From Nitrospira sp. (GTDB lineage: Bacteria; Nitrospirota; Nitrospiria; Nitrospirales; Nitrospiraceae): a stretch of 64,000 bases of DNA. The stretch's first letter is position 1, and every line of letters begins with the position of its first letter. The notes under the pieces were generated by a model. That model had not been told where the DNA came from. It saw only the letters and a program-made list of their open reading frames with translations, and ran no database searches. The position numbers and the translations under genes are program-made. Location of the stretch: positions 47,789 to 111,788 of the forward strand of contig JACOEH010000010.1 of NCBI GenBank assembly GCA_024998685.1, given 5' to 3'. Positions 28,749-38,839 of the stretch are shown piece after piece.

Positions 28749-29950
28749 TGTCGGCTCGCCCATCCACGTCCGCTCTGCCGGCTCGTCTCTTCTCGTCCAG
28801 CCTGTCGATCCCGCGAGATGTTCAGCAAAATCCCTACTCCGGTCAGGCTGATCACCAAGGACGATCCGCCATAACTGACGAACGGCAATGTAAGACCTTT
28901 GGTCGGCAACAACCCGGTTACAACACAGGCATTGATCAGCGCCTGGATACCGATGAGCGTCGTGATGCCGATTCCCAAATAACGTCCGAACGGTATTCGC
29001 GCCCTGGTGGAGATCTGAAACCCCCGGATTACGAAGAGAGCGAAAGAAAGAACGATGATCCCCGCTCCAACGAACCCGAGCTCTTCGCCGACGAGGGCCA
29101 GCACAAAATCGGTATGGGCTTCCGGAAGAAAGAATAATTTTTGTTTGCCTTCTCCCAACCCGACCCCGAAGAGTCCCCCGCTGCCGAATGCAAGAAATGA
29201 TTGGTTGATCTGGAACCCCGCCCCGGTCGGGTCCCGCTCCGGATAGAAAAACGCGATGAGTCGTTGCCATCGATAGGGTGATAACCATATCAACGCCGCC
29301 ACTCCGACCAACGCAACCGGTACGAGACTGAGGAGATGGGTTATTCTTGCTCCACCGAGGAACAACATGCCAGCCGTCACCAATCCGATCACGACAATGG
29401 TCCCCAAATCCGGTTCCATGAGGACCAACCCACTGATGATCCCAATAATGAGCAGCGCCGGCAGCAGCCCCGTCGAGAAATGCCGAAGTCGATCTTCTTT
29501 TTTTGCGAGGTACGCAGCGAGATAGATCGTACCGATCAACTTCGCCATCTCGGCCGGCTGAATTGAAATAGACCCCAGCCGTAACCAACGCCGGGCCCCA
29601 TTGGCGGAGACACCGACCGATGGAATAAGGACAACCACCAGCAACACAATGATGAGACCGAGAAGAGGAAGCGCAAGGCGCCTCCACCAGATGTAATCGA
29701 CCCGGGACGCCACATGCAAAAGCACCAAACCAAGCGTGAGCCATGCCAGTTGCCGCTTCAAGTAGTACCATGAGTCGTGGTGCTTCTGGCCGGCCACCAC
29801 GGCACTTGCGCTGAAGATCATCACAAGGCCGACCAGCGCCAGCATAATGGCGACAAACAACAAGATATGATCCATCCCCACCCGCTTCGGAGCGCGCGTG
29901 CTGACCGTGGACCACGGCAACGCCAAGGTCCCTGCAGATCTCTGTGGCAT
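28745..29950 (-). CDS. ftsW: SEDS lipid II polymerase FtsW
   Basis: QPAEMAK, EPDLGT, LPEAHTDF, LPFVSYGGSS. Confidence 0.97.
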   Translation of the reverse strand: MPQRSAGTLALPWSTVSTRAPKRVGMDHILLFVAIMLALVGLVMIFSASAVVAGQKHHDSWYYLKRQLAWLTLGLVLLHVASRVDYIWWRRLALPLLGLIIVLLVVVLIPSVGVSANGARRWLRLGSISIQPAEMAKLIGTIYLAAYLAKKEDRLRHFSTGLLPALLIIGIISGLVLMEPDLGTIVVIGLVTAGMLFLGGARITHLLSLVPVALVGVAALIWLSPYRWQRLIAFFYPERDPTGAGFQINQSFLAFGSGGLFGVGLGEGKQKLFFLPEAHTDFVLALVGEELGFVGAGIIVLSFALFVIRGFQISTRARIPFGRYLGIGITTLIGIQALINACVVTGLLPTKGLTLPFVSYGGSSLVISLTGVGILLNISRDRQAGREETSRQSGRGWASRQ

Positions 29951-29978
29951 CTTCCAGCTTCAATGCTCCTCTGCCTAG

Positions 29979-30168
29979 CAGGCTGTTGAAAAAGTCCGCC
30001 AGCGGCGTTCTCGCAAGAACTGCCGCCTCACCATCTCGGCGGCGTTCACAAACGTACCGCGCTTCATTCAGCGCGGCGTGAACCTTAGAGGCTCAACGTA
30101 CAGACTAAAGTACGCTTTCGCCTCTTCGCTTGCTGCGGCCTTGCCGGACGGTCTTTTTGAACAGCCTG
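29979..30168. mobile_element. 190-bp MITE-like repeat between murD and ftsW
   Basis: 16-bp terminal inverted repeats caggctgttgaaaaag / ctttttgaacagcctg (one mismatch), several internal hairpins, no coding capacity. Confidence 0.8.
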
Positions 30169-30178
30169 TGGGCCCTCG

Positions 30179-31588
30179 TTACTCCGGCAAGGATTGCACG
30201 AGAACTTTAAATTGCCGCCCTCGGTCTTGGTAATCGGCAAACATGTCGAAACTCGCGCAGGCCGGCGACAGAAGCACCACGTCGCCGGCATCCGCTTCGG
30301 ATGCCGCAAGCTCAACGGCCTCACGCAATGTGCCCGCCCGTTCGATCCCCTGATACTCTTTCATGGCGTTCGCAATAAGAGGTGCTGCCTCGCCGATCAG
30401 AACAAGTCGCTTCACTCGTTGACGAATTGCAGGAGCCAGCCTGGAGAAATCTCCCCCTTTGTCGCGTCCACCGGCAATGAGCCAGATCGGCTGGTCGATA
30501 CTCTCCAACGCTTTGAGTGTCGCATCCACATTGGTCCCCTTGGAGTCGTTGATGAACCGTATGCCCCGCCGCTCACGAACGACCTCCAATGCATGTTCCA
30601 ATCCGGGAAACTCTCTGAGAACCCGACGGATGATGTCGAGGGGGCACCCGCTCAAGAGCGCATAGGTTACAGCCACCATGACGTTTTCGATGTTGTGATG
30701 GCCGATGATCTTGACCTCGCTCCGCGTACAGATTTCCTGCGTCTGACCGCCGATGGTCGTCATGATTCGATCTCGATCGAGATAGGTTCCCCCCGCCAGA
30801 TCGGATGGCAATGTCTGGGTCCTCGTGAAACCGAGCACTCGAGCCTTCGCGCTCCGCCATAAAGGAGCCACCCTCGCATCATCCAGATTGAAGAGGGCGT
30901 AGTCGGACCGAGTTTGGTTCTCGAATATTCTGTTTTTGGCCGCGATGTACTCGTCGATCGACTCATAGCGATCCTGATGGTCCACCGTCACGTTGAGAAT
31001 CGCGGCAATCCATGGATGAAACTGCTCGATGGTTTCGAGCTGGAAGCTGGATACTTCCACTACCAAAGCGTCGTACGGGCATGAACGGCCCACCTTCATG
31101 GCTCGCAGCGATTGTACGGCGGCTTCACTGATCGCCGTGCCCAGATTCCCGCCGACAAAGACCCGCTTTCCGCTCTCTTGCAACATCTTCCCGATCAGCG
31201 TAACCGTCGTGCTCTTCCCATTGGTGCCGGTCAACGCTAGAATTGGAGCAGAAAGAAACCGCGATGCGAGATCGAGTTCGCTGATGACCTTCACACCTCG
31301 ACGGCGAACACGTTCAAGGGCTTCCAGCCGATAGGGGACTCCCGGACTGATCACGACGAGTTCGGCCTGGCTGAGAGCCGATTCATAATCGTTGCCCAGC
31401 ACGAGGCGAGTTGCCGCCTGATCCAGCGACCCAAGTATACCGAGCAACTCTCCCCGATTCTTCCGGTCGGCCACCGTCACTAAGGCGCCGGCGTCCTGCA
31501 ATAAGCGGGCAGCAGCGACGCCGCTCCGTGCCATCCCGACGACTGTGACACGAACCCCTGCCAACTGCGTGGTGTCCACATCCACCAT
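30179..31588 (-). CDS. murD: UDP-MurNAc-L-Ala--D-glutamate ligase
   Basis: [37 protein letters not shown]. Confidence 0.98.
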   Translation of the reverse strand: MVDVDTTQLAGVRVTVVGMARSGVAAARLLQDAGALVTVADRKNRGELLGILGSLDQAATRLVLGNDYESALSQAELVVISPGVPYRLEALERVRRRGVKVISELDLASRFLSAPILALTGTNGKSTTVTLIGKMLQESGKRVFVGGNLGTAISEAAVQSLRAMKVGRSCPYDALVVEVSSFQLETIEQFHPWIAAILNVTVDHQDRYESIDEYIAAKNRIFENQTRSDYALFNLDDARVAPLWRSAKARVLGFTRTQTLPSDLAGGTYLDRDRIMTTIGGQTQEICTRSEVKIIGHHNIENVMVAVTYALLSGCPLDIIRRVLREFPGLEHALEVVRERRGIRFINDSKGTNVDATLKALESIDQPIWLIAGGRDKGGDFSRLAPAIRQRVKRLVLIGEAAPLIANAMKEYQGIERAGTLREAVELAASEADAGDVVLLSPACASFDMFADYQDRGRQFKVLVQSLPE

Positions 31589-31592
31589 CCCA

Positions 31593-32669
31593 TTACCTCA
31601 GCTTCAGCGTGCTCAAGCTCAATAGAGCCAGCAAAATGGCGATGATCCACAGACGTACGACGACTTTCGGTTCTTCCCACCCTTTCATTTCAAAATGGTG
31701 GTGAATCGGAGCCATGAGGAAGATCCGCTTTCCTCGGGATTTGTATGAAGCCACTTGAAAAATGACCGAGACCGCCTCGATCACGAAGACACCCCCGACC
31801 ATCAGCAATAACAACTCATGCTTGCTGATGACCGCTACTGTCCCAAGGGCCGCCCCAAGCGGAAGCGAACCGACATCTCCCATGAAGACCGAGGCCGGAT
31901 AGGTGTTGAACCAAAGAAATCCGAGGCTCGAACCCAGGATAGCCGCCGTAAAGACCGCCAACTCTCCGGCTCCGTCAATGTGCGGAATCAGGAGATATTC
32001 CGACATCAATCGGTGACCGGTGACGTAGGCGACCACGGTGTACGCCAATGCTGCAATCATTACCGGACCAATTGCCAGCCCATCGAGACCATCAGTGAGG
32101 TTAACGGCATTGGAACTGCCGACGATTACCAGCACGGCAAAGACAACATAAAACCATCCCAAGTCAGGCATGAAATTCTTAAAAAACGGCATACTCAGCT
32201 TCGTGTTGTAGCCGGGTAGCGAGTACAAAATCAGGGCCACGATGAGCGCAATGGTTATCTGTGCCGTGAACTTTTGCGATGCCGAGAGCCCTTTCGAGCG
32301 AGCCTTGATGAATTTGAGATAGTCGTCCACAAACCCAATGGCACAAAACCCCAGAGTCGCGGAAAGAACCAGCCAGATATGGGGACGTGAGATGTCGGCC
32401 CAGAGCAAGGTCGACAGCGTGACTGCGAAGATAATGAGGATGCCGCCCATCGTGGGTGTTCCACTCTTGGCCAAATGCCGTTTCGGTCCATCGTCGCGTA
32501 TCTGTTGCCCCAGTTTGATTTCTTGGAGCTTTCGGATCACCCACGGTGCCAGCACGAACGCGATTAGGAACGCCGTGACGGCGGCATAAATGATGCGAAA
32601 GCTCTGATAACGAAAAACATTCAGGAACGAGAATTCCTTATGGAGCGGGTAAAGCCAGATATACAGCAT
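31593..32669 (-). CDS. mraY: Phospho-MurNAc-pentapeptide transferase
   Basis: [32 protein letters not shown]. Confidence 0.99.
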   Translation of the reverse strand: MLYIWLYPLHKEFSFLNVFRYQSFRIIYAAVTAFLIAFVLAPWVIRKLQEIKLGQQIRDDGPKRHLAKSGTPTMGGILIIFAVTLSTLLWADISRPHIWLVLSATLGFCAIGFVDDYLKFIKARSKGLSASQKFTAQITIALIVALILYSLPGYNTKLSMPFFKNFMPDLGWFYVVFAVLVIVGSSNAVNLTDGLDGLAIGPVMIAALAYTVVAYVTGHRLMSEYLLIPHIDGAGELAVFTAAILGSSLGFLWFNTYPASVFMGDVGSLPLGAALGTVAVISKHELLLLMVGGVFVIEAVSVIFQVASYKSRGKRIFLMAPIHHHFEMKGWEEPKVVVRLWIIAILLALLSLSTLKLR

Positions 32670-32683
32670 AGCCCGGACGACCG

Positions 32684-34132
32684 TTAGGAAGCCTTCTTCG
32701 ATGTACGTTTTGTTTCCTGGAGCGCGTTACCGACAAGCTCTAGTTTCATGCCGCGCGACGCTTTGATCAGCACGGCATCACCCGGTTGCACAACCGTTTT
32801 CACCGCAGCTGCTGCCGTGCGGGCATCCGGCACTTCGAGAATAGACATCGGATCCAGTCCCGCCTGTTTCGCTCCTTTGGCGAGGCTTCTTGCTAAGGCA
32901 CCGCAGGCTACGAGCTGATCGATGCCTTGGCACGCCAAGAATGCTCCGACTTCCTCATGCAGCTGAGCGGCATTCGGGCCGAGTTCCAGCATGTCTCCAA
33001 GGACGGCAATTTTCTTTCGTTTTGCCCCTATTTGTGCGAGCAGCCGCACCGCCGCCTTCATGGACGCAGGATTGGCGTTGTAACAGTCGATGATCAACTT
33101 CACGCCCTGATTGACTGATATCTGTGACCGCATCGCAGCGGGCCGGAAACGGGACAGTCCCTCAGCGATCACCCCTCCGGGTAAGCCCAGCACCGAACCG
33201 ACCGCTCCGGCGGCCAAGGCATTCGTGATGTTATGCTCTCCGGCAATTCGAATATGAGCAGTGGTGTGACGTACTGCTCCGGGAAGCAGAAGACGAAAGA
33301 TCGTACCATTGCGCCCGTCTGACTTCACGTCCATCGCACGAACGTCGGCCTTTGATGAAAACCCAAACGACACCACACGACATCGAGCCCGCGCAGCAAG
33401 ATAGTCATAATACGAATCATCTGCGTTCAGGATTGCGGTCCCATCACAGGGAAGAAGATCGAGCAACTCCGCCTTGGCCTGAGCTGATGCCTCCATCGTC
33501 CCGAAAAACTCCAAGTGGTCGGGGCCGATGTTCGTAACGATCCCGATCGTGGGTCGGACCATTTCACACAGTCTGGCGGTCTGACCGATATTATCGACTC
33601 CCATCTCGATGACCGCTCCCTTGTGTCGATCGTTGAGATGGAGCAGCGTCTGCGGAACTCCTACACGGTTATTCAGGTTACCTTCAGTCTTGAGGATCTT
33701 CCAGCGACGAGCCAGGACACCGGCGACCATGTCCTTCGTCGTCGTCTTGCCGTTGCTTCCCGTGACGGCAATGACAGGTATTCGAAATCGGCCTCGGTGA
33801 TACGCGGCCAACTGCTGGTATGCAGCGAGTGTGTCGCTGACACCGAGGATAAACGGCCGGCGCCGCTTGGAGCCACGCTTCAAGGCAAGCTCCGTCACAT
33901 CGTACGAATCGAGCACAATCACTCCCACCGCTCCGCGCGACAGCGCCGTGGCAACAAAGTCGTGGCCGTCGAATCGGTCTCCTCGCAGCGCAAGAAAGAG
34001 ATCGCCAGGTCGAAGAGAGCGAGTATCGAGACTGATTCGCCGGATACGGTGCTTTGTCCAACCGATCCCCTCTCCGGCCAAGACTCTCGCGCTGACGACT
34101 TCCCGCAATTCTTCGACGGTAAACAGCGTCAT
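32684..34132 (-). CDS. murF: UDP-MurNAc-tripeptide--D-Ala-D-Ala ligase
   Basis: TGSNGKTTTK, GNLNN, DCYNANP, GDMLELG, KASRG. Confidence 0.97.
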   Translation of the reverse strand: MTLFTVEELREVVSARVLAGEGIGWTKHRIRRISLDTRSLRPGDLFLALRGDRFDGHDFVATALSRGAVGVIVLDSYDVTELALKRGSKRRRPFILGVSDTLAAYQQLAAYHRGRFRIPVIAVTGSNGKTTTKDMVAGVLARRWKILKTEGNLNNRVGVPQTLLHLNDRHKGAVIEMGVDNIGQTARLCEMVRPTIGIVTNIGPDHLEFFGTMEASAQAKAELLDLLPCDGTAILNADDSYYDYLAARARCRVVSFGFSSKADVRAMDVKSDGRNGTIFRLLLPGAVRHTTAHIRIAGEHNITNALAAGAVGSVLGLPGGVIAEGLSRFRPAAMRSQISVNQGVKLIIDCYNANPASMKAAVRLLAQIGAKRKKIAVLGDMLELGPNAAQLHEEVGAFLACQGIDQLVACGALARSLAKGAKQAGLDPMSILEVPDARTAAAAVKTVVQPGDAVLIKASRGMKLELVGNALQETKRTSKKAS

Positions 34133-34171
34133 CTGATGCTTCCGTGCACCGACCGGTCCTTGCACCCACGA

Positions 34172-35668
34172 CTAGGGGCGGGTTCCGAGTCGTTGGATGG
34201 CGTCGCGCGCCACCTCGCGATCGTCGAAATGGACTTTCTGGGTGCCAAGAATCTGATAATCTTCGTGTCCTTTACCGGCGATCAATACCATGTCGGCACT
34301 GTGGGCCTCCCTCACCGCTTCTTCGATGGCTTCTCGTCGATCAGGCACTTTTCGGTACTGGACGTGTGGCCGTTGCCGCAGCGCCTCGATCACTCCGACT
34401 TCGACTTGTTCCAGAATTGAGAGGGGATCTTCGGTTCGGGGGTTGTCCGAAGTCAATATCACGACGTCGCTGTAGCGCACGGCCGCTTCTCCCATCTTCG
34501 GCCTCTTTCCCCGGTCGCGGTCTCCACCGCACCCAAAGACTGTGATGATGCGTCCGGTTTTCAGAGTTTGTGCCGTCGCCAGCAATCGGACGAGCGCGTC
34601 TTCGGTGTGGGCATAATCCACGGCCACCGTGAACGGCTGGCCTGCGATCACACGTTCGAACCGTCCCGGTACGTTCATGATCTTTGCCACAGCCTCACAA
34701 ATTTGTGCAGGTGTGGCTCCTTCGTGAAGCGCGACCCCGATGGCAGCTAATAAATTATAGATGTTGTGCTCACCGACGAGGTGACTCTCGATGGGGAAGT
34801 TTCCGAACGGAGTCGCAGCGGTAAAGATTGTTCCTTGAAGAGACAACCGTACCGCTTCAGCACACAGATCCGCCTTGGCTTTTAATGCGTAGGTCCAAAC
34901 CGGGACGCGGCAGGCCTCGACAATACGATTTCCATAGCGATCATCAATATTGATGATCGCTCGCTTATTCGCCTTGAGACCTCCCTTCAATCCTGTAAAA
35001 AGCCTCAGTTTTGCTTGAAAGTACTCCTCCATGGTTTTGTGAAAATCGAGATGATCCTGAGTCAGATTCGAAAAAACTGCCACGTCATATTCGCATCCGC
35101 TCGTGCGATCCTGTGCCAAGGCATGAGAAGACACCTCCATAACCGCCGTGGTGCATCCGCCGGCGACCATCGCGGCCAACAGCTGTTGCAGTTCAAGAGA
35201 GCCAGGTGTCGTGTGTGTTGCCGGCATCGTGCGTTCACCGATCTGATAAACGACTGTTCCGATCAATCCTACTGGGTGACGCAGGGCTTCCAGAAGCGCT
35301 TTGCAGACATAGGTCGTGGTGGTTTTCCCGTTTGTCCCGGTCACGCCGATCATCCGAATATGCGACGATGGGTCTCCGTAAAAGCGGCTCCCCAGTAATC
35401 CGAGCGCCTTTCTGGAGTCGTCAACGCGGACCAATGGAAGCAACACCCCACTCACCGGCTGTTGCGACACCAATGCGACCATGCCTCTCTTCACTGCCGC
35501 CGGAATAAATTCGTGCCCATCGACCCGCTCGCCCTTTACCGCTACAAAGAGACTGTCGGCCGAAACGGCTCGGGAATCGTCGGTGATCGCGTTTATGGAC
35601 ACGTCCAAATTTCCATGACGATCAAGAATCCTCACCTGTCCTTCCAGTGCCTGAAGCAGGGCTGCCAT
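34172..35668 (-). CDS. murE: UDP-MurNAc-dipeptide--meso-DAP ligase
   Basis: TGTNGKTT, DYAHT, DNPR (DAP-type), AGKGHE. Confidence 0.97.
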   Translation of the reverse strand: MAALLQALEGQVRILDRHGNLDVSINAITDDSRAVSADSLFVAVKGERVDGHEFIPAAVKRGMVALVSQQPVSGVLLPLVRVDDSRKALGLLGSRFYGDPSSHIRMIGVTGTNGKTTTTYVCKALLEALRHPVGLIGTVVYQIGERTMPATHTTPGSLELQQLLAAMVAGGCTTAVMEVSSHALAQDRTSGCEYDVAVFSNLTQDHLDFHKTMEEYFQAKLRLFTGLKGGLKANKRAIINIDDRYGNRIVEACRVPVWTYALKAKADLCAEAVRLSLQGTIFTAATPFGNFPIESHLVGEHNIYNLLAAIGVALHEGATPAQICEAVAKIMNVPGRFERVIAGQPFTVAVDYAHTEDALVRLLATAQTLKTGRIITVFGCGGDRDRGKRPKMGEAAVRYSDVVILTSDNPRTEDPLSILEQVEVGVIEALRQRPHVQYRKVPDRREAIEEAVREAHSADMVLIAGKGHEDYQILGTQKVHFDDREVARDAIQRLGTRP

Positions 35669-35695
35669 GGTCCTCGACATTTCCAAGTATGATTA

Positions 35696-37408
35696 CTATT
35701 TCCGAGCCATCGCCAACGTGATGGGCTCACTCGATGGCACGCCTAAGTAGCTTAATACCTGCTCCCCGACACGGCTAAACACGGGAGCGGCAACAGCTCC
35801 GCCCCACGCCTCACCTTGAGGTTCATCGATAACCACAATCATTGCGAGCTGAGGGTTGTCTGCGGGCACGTACCCTGTGAACGATGCAATAAATCGAGAG
35901 GCCGAATAGGTACCGGTTCGTGGGTCGATCTTTTGGGCCGTACCGGTTTTCCCAGCCACCCGAAATCCTCGAATAGCCGCCTTGGTCCCGGTGCCGTCCG
36001 TGATGACGCCTTCAAGAATCCTCGTCACGCTGCGGGCCGTTGCCTGAGAAATGACCCGTCGCTTGGCTTGAGGAGGTATCTGTCTAAGGATGTGGCCGTC
36101 AGCATCTCGTATTTCTGAAACCACGTACGGTTTCATCAACACACCTCCGTTTGCGATGGCTGCAACTGCAGATACCATTTGAAGCGGCGTTACACCGATC
36201 TCTTGGCCCATGGAAATAGACGCGACCGAACGGCGCCCCCAGTCTCTTGGATTTCTCACCAATCCGACCCCCTCCCCGGGGAGATCGACCTCCGTTCGCT
36301 GTCCGAAACCGAATGCCAGGAGGTATCGATAGAGCCGATCTTCTCCTAGTGCCATACCGGTTTTCGCCGCCCCGATATTGCTGGACTTCTGAATCACCTG
36401 GGCAAAGGACACCCATCCCAGCCGCTCATGGTCATGGATCACGGTGTTCGCGACCGTCATATGGCCATGCTCGCCGAATACCATGGTATTCGGCCTTACC
36501 ACTCCTTCCTCAATGGCTGCCGCAGCCATCATCGCCTTCATAGTGGACCCTGGCTCATAGGCATCCGTAAGCGCCCTGTTTCGCCAGCGATCAGGGTTGA
36601 GAGCCGACACGGCATTGGGATCAAATCGCGGACTAACCGCCATAGCCAACACCGCTCCGGTCTTTGGATTGAGCACAATCATTGTCCCTGACTTTGCCTT
36701 CGCACGGCCAACTGCGTCATCCAGCTCTCTTTCGGCGATATACTGAATCACCTCATCGATCGTAAGCGTGAGGTTTTGGCCGGGTGTCGGACTCCGTTCC
36801 ATCATTCCCTTGGGAAACACCGTACGCCCTAAGGCATCTCGCTGCAGCACCATCATCCGCTTCTCACCACGCAGGTACGATTCATATCGATGCTCTACAC
36901 CTTCCAAACCTTCACCATCCATTCCTGAAAAACCCAGCACATGAGCCAGGAGCGCCCCTTTTGGATAGAACCGTCTCCCTTCCATCACAACCCCGATTCC
37001 ATCAAGCGACAAATGATCGAGCCGCCGCCCCTGCTCAGGATCCAATTTTCGAGCCAGCCATACGAAACTCCGCTCTTGTCGAAGTTTTCGTTCCAACTCA
37101 TCGGTCCTCACATGCAGAATCGGCGATAACTGCCGCGCGATCGTCAGAGGGCTATCCAATGCGTTTGGGATTCCGAATACGGACGGTACTTCTACATTTA
37201 TGGCCAAAATCTTGCCGTGTCGGTCGACAATCGTGCCGCGCGCCCCTTCCAGCGACACTGTCTTTTGGTGCTGTCGATCCGCTTTAGCCGAAAGTTTCGC
37301 CGCTTGCCACACTTGCAATGTGACCAATCGGAACAGAACCACTCCAAAACCACATAACAACAACAGCAACAGGACGTACCGACGACCGCGAGAAAAGGAA
37401 CCGGTCAC
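35696..37408 (-). CDS. ftsI: PBP3 transpeptidase FtsI
   Basis: PGSTMK (SxxK), SSN, KTGTAQK. Confidence 0.95.
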   Translation of the reverse strand: MTGSFSRGRRYVLLLLLLCGFGVVLFRLVTLQVWQAAKLSAKADRQHQKTVSLEGARGTIVDRHGKILAINVEVPSVFGIPNALDSPLTIARQLSPILHVRTDELERKLRQERSFVWLARKLDPEQGRRLDHLSLDGIGVVMEGRRFYPKGALLAHVLGFSGMDGEGLEGVEHRYESYLRGEKRMMVLQRDALGRTVFPKGMMERSPTPGQNLTLTIDEVIQYIAERELDDAVGRAKAKSGTMIVLNPKTGAVLAMAVSPRFDPNAVSALNPDRWRNRALTDAYEPGSTMKAMMAAAAIEEGVVRPNTMVFGEHGHMTVANTVIHDHERLGWVSFAQVIQKSSNIGAAKTGMALGEDRLYRYLLAFGFGQRTEVDLPGEGVGLVRNPRDWGRRSVASISMGQEIGVTPLQMVSAVAAIANGGVLMKPYVVSEIRDADGHILRQIPPQAKRRVISQATARSVTRILEGVITDGTGTKAAIRGFRVAGKTGTAQKIDPRTGTYSASRFIASFTGYVPADNPQLAMIVVIDEPQGEAWGGAVAAPVFSRVGEQVLSYLGVPSSEPITLAMARK

Positions 37409-37740
37409 TAGAACCTCCTGATGGGAAGATAATTCTTGGCGATTTTCAGCTCAACCTGCACAATCTCTGCGGGAGGGGTATAACTTGGCCTGGAGTGAAC
37501 CATAATGATCTGCCCCTGTTGAGGCAGACTCATACCGAGCTTTTCGGTCGCCAATTTTGCGATCCGATCAGCGGCACTCAGTGCGGAAACCTTGACGCGG
37601 AGCTCATCCCGTTGACGTTCAAGTACCGTCTTCTCACGCTTCAATCGCTCGATTTGGTAACCCATCCGAACCATGTCTACGCGCTCCCACACAAACACGA
37701 ACACGAGACAGAGCCCTAGAAAAACAGTGAAGGTCTTCAT
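37408..37740 (-). CDS. ftsL: Cell division protein FtsL
   Basis: TM plus coiled coil, between rsmH and ftsI. Confidence 0.85.
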   Translation of the reverse strand: MKTFTVFLGLCLVFVFVWERVDMVRMGYQIERLKREKTVLERQRDELRVKVSALSAADRIAKLATEKLGMSLPQQGQIIMVHSRPSYTPPAEIVQVELKIAKNYLPIRRF

Positions 37741-38669
37741 GAAAGACCCGTCTTTTGTTGGCGCTCGGCGACTCGTAATTTAGCGCTTCGCGATCGGGGA
37801 TTCGCTTCACATTCTGTTTTAGAAGGAAAGACCGGTTTTTTGGTAAGTATCGAAAGGGTCGCTTCCGGCCCTTGTGAGAGGGACCGAAATGTATGTTTGA
37901 CGATACGATCTTCGAGAGAATGAAAGGAGATCGTGCAGATCCTTCCCCCCGAAGCCAGCACTTCGGTTGCATCTCGAAGCGACGACTCTAAGAAGTCCAG
38001 TTCATGATTCACTGCAATGCGAAGCGCCTGAAATGTACGCGTTGCCCAGTGAATCCGTCCGTGGCGATATGATCCCGGCACGGACCGCGCGATGATGGAA
38101 ACGAGCGCTCCCGTGGTCTCGACCGGACGACATTGCCTTTCCTGCACAATCGCTCGAGCAATCCGCCTAGCATATCGCTCTTCTCCATACTGAAAGATAA
38201 TGTCCGCGAGCTCATGTTCTGAACTGCGGTTCACCAGATCAGTCGCAGTTTTCCCCATCGTTTGATCCATACGCATATCAAGTGGACCTTCTCGCCGAAA
38301 GCTGAACCCTCGCGACGGATCATCCAACTGTGGAGATGAAACCCCAAAATCGAAAAGAACACCGTCGACTTTCGCGATACCTGTTTCCGCGAGATGCGAC
38401 TTCAAGTCTCGATAGTTTCCTTGTCGCAAGACGATACGATCTCCAAATCGATTTAAACGCCGCCTACAGAAATCAATGGCTTGGAAGTCCTTGTCTAGCC
38501 CTATGACCATTGTTCCAGCTGAGGTTGATGTAAGAAGCATTTCTGCATGCCCACCATACCCCACTGTACAATCCAAAATAATGGTTGATCGCTCAGAAGT
38601 AAGCCAAAAGCTTACTTCTCGACCAAGCACTGGGACATGCGAATCTTTGTGAACAATATTATCGCCCAC
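37737..38669 (-). CDS. rsmH: 16S rRNA m4C1402 methyltransferase RsmH (MraW)
   Basis: HVPVL, DCTVGYGGH, DFGVSSPQLD, PLDMRM, ISFHSLED, NPRSRSAKLR; start approximate. Confidence 0.96.
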   Translation of the reverse strand: MGDNIVHKDSHVPVLGREVSFWLTSERSTIILDCTVGYGGHAEMLLTSTSAGTMVIGLDKDFQAIDFCRRRLNRFGDRIVLRQGNYRDLKSHLAETGIAKVDGVLFDFGVSSPQLDDPSRGFSFRREGPLDMRMDQTMGKTATDLVNRSSEHELADIIFQYGEERYARRIARAIVQERQCRPVETTGALVSIIARSVPGSYRHGRIHWATRTFQALRIAVNHELDFLESSLRDATEVLASGGRICTISFHSLEDRIVKHTFRSLSQGPEATLSILTKKPVFPSKTECEANPRSRSAKLRVAERQQKTGLS

Positions 38670-38689
38670 TCGCTTCCACTTCTTCCCAC
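38665..38689 (-). promoter_or_regulatory. MraZ-type operator: three GTGG(G/A) boxes at 10-bp period
   Basis: Minus strand GTGGG-aagaa-GTGGA-agcga-GTGGG, 10 bp downstream of the -10 element. Confidence 0.75.
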
Positions 38690-38698
38690 GCCAGACGA

Positions 38699-38726
38699 AG
38701 TATACTCTCGCATTTCTGGTTGTCAA
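38699..38726 (-). promoter_or_regulatory. Sigma70 promoter at the head of the dcw cluster
   Basis: TTGACA (38726-38721), 16 bp, TATACT (38704-38699). Confidence 0.7.
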
Positions 38727-38839
38727 CAAACTTTAGCGTCTCGCTGGTCAGAGCAGGAGATGGTCTACATTGCTACACGGAGCAAGTGGCGTTTCGAGTT
38801 ATTTTCTTTTCAATACAATAGGCTACACCACTTGAACCC

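Noticed and set aside
27627-29963. 778-aa ORF suggesting a novel domain fused to MurG
   Set aside because: The upstream ~405 codons are an alternative frame of ftsW. The murG ATG at 28748 overlaps the ftsW stop in the usual way.
38400-38830. AT-richer 5' part of rsmH as a sign of foreign origin
   Set aside because: Only a few lines sampled (42-48% GC) and the mid-gene is 55-57%; insufficient without a proper codon-usage analysis.
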